The position numbers and the translations under genes were made by a program. The notes under the pieces are model-generated. The model did not search any database. It saw only the letters and a program-made list of their open reading frames with translations, and was not told the origin of the DNA. Source: a virus. Taken from it: 64,000 nucleotides of DNA. Location: the IMG/VR virus record IMGVR_UViG_3300036816_000007, positions 1 through 64,000 of that record; one strand, written 5' to 3'. This document shows, in pieces, positions 51,983 to 59,900 of the stretch (positions are counted from its first letter, which is position 1; each line of letters starts with the position of its first letter).

Positions 51983-53476
51983 TTACGCGGCGTCCACCTC
52001 CTCTACAACATCGTCCGCAGATCGGTCGAAGCGTTGTTCTACTGGCACAACTAGTCGATGGCTCGTCGCACGGTCACTACATGCGTTCCATTGCGGTTTG
52101 CTCGGCCACTTAACGACAATCCGGTCGCCTTCTACGCTCGCAACTTCCGCGAATCCGAGGTGCTCGCTTCCGATGAACGACGTTAAGTCTCCGCGTTTAT
52201 ACTCATTCACCTTACGCCCGATCGCGGCCCATTTCGCTTCTTCCGCTTGCTTGCGTTCGATCTCCGCGATTTCGGCTGCGGTGAGTTTTACGATCTGTTC
52301 TGGTTGGGCATAACCTCGATGTCCGTTCTCGGTGCGCTTAATCCGAAAGTCCCCGTCAGAATCCACAGGCTCATCAACGGTGCATACATCTCCGTTACTG
52401 AATCCGTTGCGCAAATACTCGCCTGCTCCGCTAATAAGTTTTACGTAATCACCTACGCTGAATTGCGCGTTGAGAGCTGCGCGTTTAGCGGCAGCCACTT
52501 CTTCGTCAGTTGCGCGGACTACGTGTTGCGGCAGAGCTAAACGCAGGTCTCCGCTTTTAACGAACTTAATGCCATAAGGAGCTGCGAAGTCGTGTTCGTT
52601 AACTTCCGTAATCTCAACGATTTCTCCAGTCATTCCGTTGTTCATCGCAAACGTAACGTTAACGACTCGCGCATAATCCCCGACGGCCAGGCGCTCAGGT
52701 TTCGCAGGCTCCGCGGACTTCGTTACCGGTTCGAGTACGACGTATTCGCGAACTCCTTCAAAGTCCGGCGAGATAAGCCCGTTAAATACTCGCTCATCTA
52801 CTGACCAGATATCTCCGACCGAGTCTACCGTTTTCACCGTAAACTCTTCGCCGACGAAGACGCTACCCTTCTTTCTCGATTGCGGATGGATAGCGACAAC
52901 TTTAATCCGCTCACCTACGTTAGCTTTCCGTTTAACCTCGCGATATTGTGGCGTTTTCTCCTCCGCAACCTTCTCGTAGACTTCGAAATCGTCTCCGCAA
53001 GTGTCATATTCCTCGCCAGCTTCGTCAAAAATCTGCGCGTCCCCGCTCGTATCGACTCTACTGACAATATACATCTCGCCCAATGTCGCATTTTCCGAGT
53101 ATTCTTCGTCATCAAAGCGTGTAAACTTAATCGCATCACCTTCGCGGGCATCGCGGTCGACTTTGCGCCAGGTTGCGCCTTCGAACGTGATAGTGTCGGA
53201 CGCGTTTACGCTAACTTGTTCGGAGATGGGCGCGTAGACTTCGAAATCATCTCCGGCGGTTCCGTATCTGTCTCCGTCTTCATCGGTAATGTACGGATAA
53301 CCACCGTCGCTTACGCCTTCTACCACGTAGAACGCTCCATCACGTACGTAGCTCGGAAGATGCGCGTCGTCGAACCGGATAATATCGCCTACCTGCGCCT
53401 TGCGGTCAACTTTGCGATAAGTTACGTCGCCCACCGTTACTTCTACTGCCGGAATTACCACGTTAAGTTTCGCCAT
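51983..53476 (-). CDS. Repeat-domain protein, paralog family member 4 (six tandem ~80-aa modules)
   Basis: TYRKVDRKAQVGDIIRF, TWRKVDRDAREGDAIKF, QYREVKRKANVGERIKVV, LAVGDYARVVNV, FSVGDYVKLISG and YKRGDLTSFIG. Confidence 0.8.
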   Translation of the reverse strand: MAKLNVVIPAVEVTVGDVTYRKVDRKAQVGDIIRFDDAHLPSYVRDGAFYVVEGVSDGGYPYITDEDGDRYGTAGDDFEVYAPISEQVSVNASDTITFEGATWRKVDRDAREGDAIKFTRFDDEEYSENATLGEMYIVSRVDTSGDAQIFDEAGEEYDTCGDDFEVYEKVAEEKTPQYREVKRKANVGERIKVVAIHPQSRKKGSVFVGEEFTVKTVDSVGDIWSVDERVFNGLISPDFEGVREYVVLEPVTKSAEPAKPERLAVGDYARVVNVTFAMNNGMTGEIVEITEVNEHDFAAPYGIKFVKSGDLRLALPQHVVRATDEEVAAAKRAALNAQFSVGDYVKLISGAGEYLRNGFSNGDVCTVDEPVDSDGDFRIKRTENGHRGYAQPEQIVKLTAAEIAEIERKQAEEAKWAAIGRKVNEYKRGDLTSFIGSEHLGFAEVASVEGDRIVVKWPSKPQWNACSDRATSHRLVVPVEQRFDRSADDVVEEVDAA

Positions 53477-53551
53477 TAATGAGTTTCCCCTTTTCGTGGG
53501 CTGTCCGTTGGGACCTCCGCCCGGTCTTGCGTAAACCTTCGCTCACTTACG

Positions 53552-53971
53552 TTATGCCGCCGCAACCAGTCCGCGATTCAACGCCAACGATAGCTCTACC
53601 CAGCGCTCACTAGCGGTTGCTTCCCGCGCCCAGTATTCGCCGAGCATGCGGTTCTCGAACATGAACACGCGCGGCATTTCGCCATCGACCGCCCAAACGC
53701 CAATTACGTAATCAGCATCGGATAAATCGTACGTTGTTCCGTTACCTTTCCGTGCATAGACTACGAGGTCGCCGCCGCGATCCATCCGTTGGCGCACCGT
53801 CTTCACCTGAATCTTAGCGTATTCTCCGTTAATCGGATCACGCGCCAGGATATCGTAAGCTTCGTCCGTCTCCGCCTTGTGTACGGTCCATCCGTTAGCT
53901 AACAGCGCAAGACGCGCCGCCAGCTCCGAATACTTTCCGGTGATTTCCGTTACATGTGCGATATAAACCAC
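53552..53971 (-). CDS. PD-(D/E)XK nuclease-fold protein (resolvase/endonuclease-like)
   Basis: ELAARLALLANGW ... YDILARD ... KIQVKT (E..D..Q.K layout). Confidence 0.5.
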   Translation of the reverse strand: MVYIAHVTEITGKYSELAARLALLANGWTVHKAETDEAYDILARDPINGEYAKIQVKTVRQRMDRGGDLVVYARKGNGTTYDLSDADYVIGVWAVDGEMPRVFMFENRMLGEYWAREATASERWVELSLALNRGLVAAA

Positions 53972-54007
53972 TCCTCTTCGTTATTTTGCGGGCTTGTAAG
54001 TTGCGTT

Positions 54008-54796
54008 TTAGAACGGAAATTCTTCTTCGAGAATTTCAGGCGCGTCGCTATCCGAAGGAGCTGGCGCGGTGTTAGCGTTCGCGCCGATCGAGAGTCCGAG
54101 GCGTCCGATATCAAAGCCCGCGATTACGAGATTCTTAACCTGTTCATCTTCCTTCGCGACATAGAGGCACGTTTCGAACGTTTCGAAATCGAACGGAGTC
54201 TCGCCAGCCTTATCGAAATTGGCGCGTTCTTTTTCCGTCAGGTCTTCGTCCATATCGAGGATCGGCGACAGGCTTACGACAGTGTTCGTAGATGATCCGG
54301 TCTTAGAAATCTCAAACGCGAGACGATCGAGTTTCTTCTCGTACTTCTTGATTGCCGCGAATACTCCGGCTGCCTGCTTCGGTGTCAAGTCGATAACAAT
54401 ATCCGCGCCATCTTCAAGGTTGCCGAAGGCCACGAGATACTTCGGTTTTCCTTTGTACAAGTACGCTTGCTTACGGATTTCCTCCGCTCCAGACTCATCT
54501 CCGCCATCCTTCGCTTTCTTCGCGTCGGCATACAAAAGGTCAGCCGCACGGTCCCATACGGAAGGATTCGCTGTTACGTAACCTTTGTCGTTACGAGTCG
54601 CGGGATTCTCCGGTACGAACGTATTGACCTTACCGAACATTCCGAAGCCGAAGTACTCAACGGAATCCTCAACGGATTTTACGCGGACTTTGTAAGTTGT
54701 GCCAGAAGTGAACGGTACAAGCGCGGAGCTTGGCGTATCCTTATCGGCTTGAGCATTGGCAACAGCGGCGGCACCTTTTTTCGTAAACATCGACAT
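54008..54796 (-). CDS. ssDNA-binding protein candidate (gp2.5-like, acidic aromatic C-terminal tip)
   Basis: 262 aa ending ...DSDAPEILEEEFPF, like SSB C-terminal tips. Position is in the replication module. Confidence 0.5.
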   Translation of the reverse strand: MSMFTKKGAAAVANAQADKDTPSSALVPFTSGTTYKVRVKSVEDSVEYFGFGMFGKVNTFVPENPATRNDKGYVTANPSVWDRAADLLYADAKKAKDGGDESGAEEIRKQAYLYKGKPKYLVAFGNLEDGADIVIDLTPKQAAGVFAAIKKYEKKLDRLAFEISKTGSSTNTVVSLSPILDMDEDLTEKERANFDKAGETPFDFETFETCLYVAKEDEQVKNLVIAGFDIGRLGLSIGANANTAPAPSDSDAPEILEEEFPF

Positions 54797-54941
54797 TCGA
54801 TCACGTTCCTTTTCGGTTTATTTTCGGGTCGCAATTCCTACGCCCGCTGCACGGCACTAACCGGATGTTTACACAGTTAATACCGCGCAGCCGACGAAGG
54901 TGTCGGCAATCATGCGCTATTTAAATAGGAAATGATACGGT

Positions 54942-55478
54942 TCAAATTACAGCGGCATAACTTTCGGCCGCCTTCAACACATCGCGTCTAACGCGGTTTA
55001 TATCGCGTTCAACCTCTGTTATCCGCATAGTCAGCGCGTTAACTCTCGCATGGCACGCGTTACGCTTCGCCTCCGATCGCGCACCTAATGCCGATGCTCG
55101 TAATTCGCAGACTTCCGTTTCCATCCGCGTACGTAATTCGAGGAGCTTGCGTTCTTCCTGTAGGGCGCGCCGCTTGTGCTTGCGCAGCTCCTTATCCGCC
55201 AGCCTTTCGATGACCCCGCGCCACTCTTTTTGGACGCTCGCTTCCCGCACGGTGATTACCGCGTTATCCGCAATGGCTACGAAGATAACGACTTTGCCTG
55301 ACGTATATGCGCGGCGCATCTTGCCGGAGTCATCCGGGATACATCCGATAAATGACGCGGCATCGAGTTTCTGCGCAAGCCATTCGGTGATTTGTACGTC
55401 GCTGCCGCGGACATTAAACCGTTCACGGGCGCGCTTAATTGCGTGCGAAGTTGCGGACCATCTCAGCGGAGTTTTCAC
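54942..55478 (-). CDS. Hypothetical coiled-coil protein
   Basis: 178 aa. Confidence 0.65.
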   Translation of the reverse strand: MKTPLRWSATSHAIKRARERFNVRGSDVQITEWLAQKLDAASFIGCIPDDSGKMRRAYTSGKVVIFVAIADNAVITVREASVQKEWRGVIERLADKELRKHKRRALQEERKLLELRTRMETEVCELRASALGARSEAKRNACHARVNALTMRITEVERDINRVRRDVLKAAESYAAVI

Positions 55479-55660
55479 GCAATCACCCGTCCTCTCCGCA
55501 AAGTGCGCGCATCAATATAATCCGCGGAGTCTTCGTACTCTGCGGCTGCACCGTTGTACCAAACGTCAGGGTAGCGGCGAGATTGCGGGAGAGAAATATT
55601 AAGAAAACGTGAAACTTCCGTGTTAGACGAACGTAAATTATTAGCAAGGGCGCGTTTCAA
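55475..55660 (-). CDS. Hypothetical 61-aa protein
   Basis: The TTG at 55660 is 8 nt after GGAGG. The track GTG start abuts the SD. Confidence 0.5.
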   Translation of the reverse strand: MKRALANNLRSSNTEVSRFLNISLPQSRRYPDVWYNGAAAEYEDSADYIDARTLRRGRVIA

Positions 55661-55696
55661 GGCGGCCACCTCCGGGTATAATATAGTTAGATAGCG

Positions 55697-55725
55697 TTGA
55701 CAAGCGTTATCAACCGTGGTAACAT
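55697..55725 (+). promoter_or_regulatory. SigmaA-like promoter TTGACA-N17-TAACAT embedded in the palindrome GTTGACAAGCGTTATCAAC
   Basis: -35 at 55697..55702 and -10 at 55720..55725. The imperfect palindrome spans 55696..55714. Confidence 0.5.
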
Positions 55726-55731
55726 GCTAAT

Positions 55732-55868
55732 TGTGAGTTATACAAGTTACCAATGATTTACAACATACATAATGTATCTGGATTGTTTAATTGTTAAGAA
55801 AGTATGATATACTCTTTTTGAGCAAAGGTCGGGCTTCATGCCTGAAACTCCGACCGTGCTTTTAAAGG
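55732..55868 (+). ncRNA. Candidate ~135-nt plus-strand small RNA in the intergenic gap
   Basis: Promoter upstream, no SD-led ORF, an internal ATACAtaaTGTAT stem, and a 3' hairpin GGTCGG(17 nt)CCGACC followed by GTGCTTTT. Confidence 0.3.
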
Positions 55869-56489
55869 TTAAACAGCTAGGTATTCGTTAACATCTCCGA
55901 AACGATTAGCGTCGTATCCGCGAGATAATTTTCGAAGCTTGCGTTTAACAAACTCGTGATGCATTCCTAGCGCTTTAGCGAGCGCCGTGATGGAATCGTG
56001 TTGCGGAAACTGCGATACAATTAGCGTTGTATCGTTGTCGACCTTAGCTGGGTCAATCAGGGAGACGATCAGTTGGCGCTGGTCGTCTTCTTTTTTGCGT
56101 AATTGGCTTAAGACATCTTCTTCTAAGTTGTAGTTATCCACGACGTCGGATGTTGGCGCATCCTCGTCATGATTTGTAATATCTATAGTTAGCGCGTTCC
56201 TTTTCCGGTATGACTTAGCACTTTTTATAAAATTTATTGTGGCGTTTTTTAATGCAGTGGACATCGCTTTTGTGAAGTCCAGCACGTCGGGCTCCCTACT
56301 TAGCTTAAGTATGACTGCGTTGAAAACTCCATCCGCATCACTCTCATCTCCCCAACCACTTCGGACTAACCTTCCCCGATTAACTTTGTCGAAGATGTGC
56401 TTTGCCTCGTGGTACAGTTCGCTGAAGGAATCATCACTGGGATTTAGTTTGTAAGCAATCGCCAGTCTATTTAGTTTCGTTATGTTCAT
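55869..56489 (-). CDS. Phage-encoded sigma-70-family (ECF-like) factor candidate
   Basis: Start at the second ATG, 7 nt after GGAG. Region-2-like DADGVFNAVILKL and FIKSAKSYRKRN. Region-4-like HTH DSITALAKALGMHHEFVKRKLRKL. Confidence 0.5.
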   Translation of the reverse strand: MNITKLNRLAIAYKLNPSDDSFSELYHEAKHIFDKVNRGRLVRSGWGDESDADGVFNAVILKLSREPDVLDFTKAMSTALKNATINFIKSAKSYRKRNALTIDITNHDEDAPTSDVVDNYNLEEDVLSQLRKKEDDQRQLIVSLIDPAKVDNDTTLIVSQFPQHDSITALAKALGMHHEFVKRKLRKLSRGYDANRFGDVNEYLAV

Positions 56490-56504
56490 TCTCATTCTCC
56501 TCTC

Positions 56505-56551
56505 GGGCCTTATACTTAAATTGACAACCTGCTATCCTCGTTCGCACACTT
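56505..56551 (-). promoter_or_regulatory. 47-bp conserved bipartite element, copy 2, immediately upstream of the sigma-like gene
   Basis: Plus strand: GCCTTATACTTAAATTGACAAcctgctatcctcgTTCGCACACTTTT. Confidence 0.6.
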
Positions 56552-56562
56552 TTTGAAGAAAA

Positions 56563-56591
56563 ATATGTTAAAATGTTTTTGTACCATCTGT
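56563..56591 (-). promoter_or_regulatory. SigmaA-like promoter TTACAG-N17-TAACAT (leftward); its -10 overlaps a rightward extended -10, TGtTAAAAT
   Basis: Minus strand -35 at 56586..56591 and -10 at 56563..56568. Plus-strand TGtTAAAAT at 56564..56572. Confidence 0.5.
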
Positions 56592-56614
56592 AACACGTTG
56601 GAGGCATAGTAGTT

Positions 56615-56848
56615 ATGGGACTCTACCCCGGAGATTGCCGCCTCCAATACTTACTCGATCGTGCAGGTATGTCTCAAGCTGAACTGTCACGGCGTACAGG
56701 TCTTAGTCCTCAGTATATAAACGGACTAATTAATGAACGCTGGAAAAAAGGAATAATGAAGTTAGACAAGGCCAGGCTTATTTGTGCTGTCCTAAAGATT
56801 GATAATCCCTTTGACCTTTATGAGTGGAGAGCTGAGAAGCCTGACTGA
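56615..56848 (+). CDS. XRE-family HTH regulator
   Basis: AGMSQAELSRRTGLSPQYINGLINER forms the HTH. Divergent from the sigma-like gene. Confidence 0.85.
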   Translation: MGLYPGDCRLQYLLDRAGMSQAELSRRTGLSPQYINGLINERWKKGIMKLDKARLICAVLKIDNPFDLYEWRAEKPD

Positions 56849-56931
56849 TTGAGATTGTATTATGTAGCGGCGTACGTCGGACTAACCTCCGCGTACCCGC
56901 AAATATACGCACTATTGCGTACTTCCTGATA

Positions 56932-57933
56932 TTACATTATTTGACGATACGTGTCGATACTATGTTGCGCCTTTACGAATATATTTCGTCTAACAGCGCC
57001 AGCAACCGTATTCCTCACCGACTCCTCATCGCCGACCTCGTTCGCATCCTTCGCGCCATTCGACCACCTCACGTCATACAACTCGCAGTATCCACGCATC
57101 TTAGCCGCAATCTCTTCGCGTAGCTTCTCGCCGGCCGCGTCATTATCCGTTCCCAGAACGAGCTCACTTACGGGAGACATCCGCAGCATCTCCGCCTGGT
57201 TATCCGTAAACGTAGATCCGCCGACCGCAACCGCAGGTATTCCGCAGCTCCACAGATATAACGCGTCCGTTTCGGATTCAACGATAACAACTCGTTCGAT
57301 TTTCCGCGCATAAACGAGGTGTATCCCGTATATCATGTTACGGACAGGTGCGCCGCCCTTCGCATACCAGAACGCCTTACTCCATGTCGCCCGCCACTTT
57401 GCGTTGATTATCGTACCGTCTGGCGCGTGCCATGGCATTACTACCGCGTTCTTGTCGTTATCGTAACCGCAGTTAAATGCGCGCTGCACTTCCGGATCGA
57501 TTCCGCGTCCAGTTAGATACGGGACCGCTACGGACTTATACGCGCTCACATCGATCGGTTGCGGCTTAGGTGGCGGACCCGGCGGTACGAGTTTAATCCG
57601 GAGTTTAGGCGGACCATCTTCGCTCACATCGCCGGTCGTCAACTCTTCGCGCGCCTCTTCGTATGTTATGTTGCGAAGGAACGCGTAAAGCTTAACGGGA
57701 CCTCCGCGAGCCCATTCCGGGTCATTAGCGCCCGAGTCACGCCAGCAACCAAAGTCGGCCGAATCTGGATCGATAATTACGCTGAATGATGGCGTCTTAT
57801 CTGCTCGGTTGCCAAACGGTGATGAAGCGTTTAACCGACCGCGAGTATTCGGTTGGACATTGCGCCAGTCGTACGCGCCGATTGCGGCTAAGAACATGTC
57901 AACGTTTATAACATTAGTCAAGGTTCTGTTCAC
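56932..57933 (-). CDS. DnaG-like primase (Toprim domain)
   Basis: VIVESETDALYL (Toprim Glu) and LVLGTDNDAAGEK (DxD). 333 aa. Confidence 0.8.
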   Translation of the reverse strand: MNRTLTNVINVDMFLAAIGAYDWRNVQPNTRGRLNASSPFGNRADKTPSFSVIIDPDSADFGCWRDSGANDPEWARGGPVKLYAFLRNITYEEAREELTTGDVSEDGPPKLRIKLVPPGPPPKPQPIDVSAYKSVAVPYLTGRGIDPEVQRAFNCGYDNDKNAVVMPWHAPDGTIINAKWRATWSKAFWYAKGGAPVRNMIYGIHLVYARKIERVVIVESETDALYLWSCGIPAVAVGGSTFTDNQAEMLRMSPVSELVLGTDNDAAGEKLREEIAAKMRGYCELYDVRWSNGAKDANEVGDEESVRNTVAGAVRRNIFVKAQHSIDTYRQIM

Positions 57934-57941
57934 CCTTCCTA

Positions 57942-57970
57942 TTGCTCACTTATGCAAAACGTGGTATAGT
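57942..57970 (+). promoter_or_regulatory. SigmaA-like promoter TTGCTC-N17-TATAGT with TG extension
   Basis: -35 at 57942..57947 and TGgTATAGT at 57962..57970. Upstream of the XRE gene at 58057. Confidence 0.55.
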
Positions 57971-57984
57971 TCTATTTATCAACC

Positions 57985-58044
57985 AATATTCAAAATGAAT
58001 ATCGGCCTGAAACCTATACTAATCTTCGATTTGAATATTGTCAA
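57985..58044. promoter_or_regulatory. Operator set: AATATTCA / TGAATAT inverted repeat plus a third TGAATATT copy; leftward TTGACA-N17-TAGTAT promoter
   Basis: AATATTCAaaaTGAATAT at 57985..58002. TGAATATT at 58032..58039. Minus-strand -35 at 58039..58044 and -10 at 58016..58021. Confidence 0.5.
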
Positions 58045-58056
58045 GGAGGAAAAACG

Positions 58057-58272
58057 GTGACGTCAGAAATCATTTCTCAGCGAATTACATCCCTACTAGA
58101 GCGTGATAACATCCAACAAAAGCAGCTTGCTGAGTTCTTGGAAATGCATCCTGCAACACTGAATGGATACATGAAAGGTCGCCGCGATTTTCCTGTTACT
58201 GTTATACTTAACATCGCTAACTACTTCACGGTATCAACTGACTACATATTGGGAAGAACTGACAAAGCATAA
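58057..58272 (+). CDS. XRE-family HTH regulator
   Basis: GTG start after AAGGAGGA. IQQKQLAEFLEMHPATLNGYMKGRR forms the HTH. Confidence 0.85.
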   Translation: MTSEIISQRITSLLERDNIQQKQLAEFLEMHPATLNGYMKGRRDFPVTVILNIANYFTVSTDYILGRTDKA

Positions 58273-58279
58273 GCGGTAA

Positions 58280-59638
58280 TCAAAAACCGCTCACGCTCGC
58301 AAACTGTTCCGCCTGCACCTGCGTATCCAACTCGCGCACCACTCCGTAATTCGGCAGGTATACGATTTCAACGCGGGTGTCTTCGCCGCCATTACGTCCC
58401 TTCTTGATCCATACCGCTCCGCGCCCTTCCTTATTCAACGTATCTACGCCGAGTAGGTTCGTAGCGTCTTCGAGTATGGCCTTCGTCTTCTTAACTTCCG
58501 CACGCTTAGGCGCAACTAATTCGCGCTCACCTTCCGCGTTCTCTTCGTCTTTAACCTCGTCCGCCTGCGTAACAACGTGTACAACGCTCTTTAACCGTCC
58601 GGCCATCCGCCGCAGCTTCTTCGATGTTTCCGCAACGTCACCGCCAGCAGTCCGCGAGGTGTTCGCTTCGAAATCCATCAAGTATATCGGATCGACTACG
58701 ACAACGTCCGCATCCACTTCGATAATGTCCGATTCCAGATTCGTTATGCCGCGGTTGATAAATCCTTCGCTATCTGTTGCGCGGAGTAGTATCTTGCCCG
58801 GAATGATTTCGTTAAGCGCCGCGACAAACTGTTCAAGTCCGCGTTCGTACGCGTCATCCAATTTCCCCATCAGCATCCGCTTGTTGTCGAATCCGACCGT
58901 ATAATCCACGCCGTCAATTCGCTCAACTGTACCGCTGACTCTCGCGGAGATAGACGAGTAAGCACGCGCCATCCATTCGAACGTGCTCATTTCGAGTATC
59001 CACAGTAGAACGACCGCGCCTTGGAACGCAGATTCAAGCGCCTCCTCCATTACGATAACGGATTTACCGCGGCCTGACCGCCCGTACCATGCGTACATGT
59101 TTCCGGAAAGGTAGCCGCCGATCGCTTCGTTAACAGTTTCGAATTTGCTCCGCCAAATCTTAAACGAGGTGCCGGACTTACGTGCGCGGTACTCTATAAG
59201 AAACTGTTCGCCCGATGTGGAAATATCCGTAATCTTCGGAACGCTTGTTCGTGTTTTAATCTTAATCTCATTGGTCCGCTCCGTCAACCTATTAATGAAA
59301 GATTCTGTCGACATTTCGCCGAATTCTCGTTCCAGGTCCGGACTATTTAATAATGCGGCCAATTCGCGCTTACCTGTTGCATCCTTTAGCTCGCCCGCTA
59401 AGTACTCGAACGAATCCGTAACCTCTGGTATATGTGTTATGTTTCTCACGTTTGCGGAGAACGTTGCGTAAGATGGCGCAGCTCCGCCATTTTCTGACGC
59501 GTATTTAACAATGAAATCGTAAGCCTCGCGTTCGGCCGGCGTTGGGAAGTCCGATCGCTTTACGTTATACTTCGCGAGGGCCTGCGTTGAGCCTTCGTCA
59601 ATTAACTTAGATAGCAACTGTTGACCTGTAACCGCCAT
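58280..59638 (-). CDS. DnaB-like replicative helicase
   Basis: Walker A GRSGRGKS, Walker B VVVVDPIYLM. 452 aa. Confidence 0.85.
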   Translation of the reverse strand: MAVTGQQLLSKLIDEGSTQALAKYNVKRSDFPTPAEREAYDFIVKYASENGGAAPSYATFSANVRNITHIPEVTDSFEYLAGELKDATGKRELAALLNSPDLEREFGEMSTESFINRLTERTNEIKIKTRTSVPKITDISTSGEQFLIEYRARKSGTSFKIWRSKFETVNEAIGGYLSGNMYAWYGRSGRGKSVIVMEEALESAFQGAVVLLWILEMSTFEWMARAYSSISARVSGTVERIDGVDYTVGFDNKRMLMGKLDDAYERGLEQFVAALNEIIPGKILLRATDSEGFINRGITNLESDIIEVDADVVVVDPIYLMDFEANTSRTAGGDVAETSKKLRRMAGRLKSVVHVVTQADEVKDEENAEGERELVAPKRAEVKKTKAILEDATNLLGVDTLNKEGRGAVWIKKGRNGGEDTRVEIVYLPNYGVVRELDTQVQAEQFASVSGF

Positions 59639-59793
59639 GTATATACACCTCCAGTTTTACACCGCCATGATAGATATCGTCAAATCCCGTTTTAGGACGA
59701 TTTTCCCTCTTGACAAGGAAAATATAGTTCGACACCAATTCCAATTTACGTAATTAATTGGACAGATTTAGGTAAAAAGTGGTCCGAAATATG

Positions 59794-59864
59794 ATTGTCA
59801 ATCAGATTGTCAAGTCGCATTTTGTCGAAGTCCGTGTCGATTGCGTTAACAGCGTAATTGTCCA
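59794..59864. repeat. Five same-orientation TTGTC(A/G/C)A boxes (iteron/operator cluster)
   Basis: ATTGTCAA at 59794 and 59806, TTTGTCGA at 59821, GTGTCGA at 59834 and ATTGTCCA at 59857. An inverted copy CTTGACAAG lies at 59709, and an AT-rich palindrome CCAATTtacgtaattAATTGG nearby. Confidence 0.75.
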
Positions 59865-59900
59865 ACTCCCGAATGCTCCCGTTTTCGCCGTTTTTCGTTT

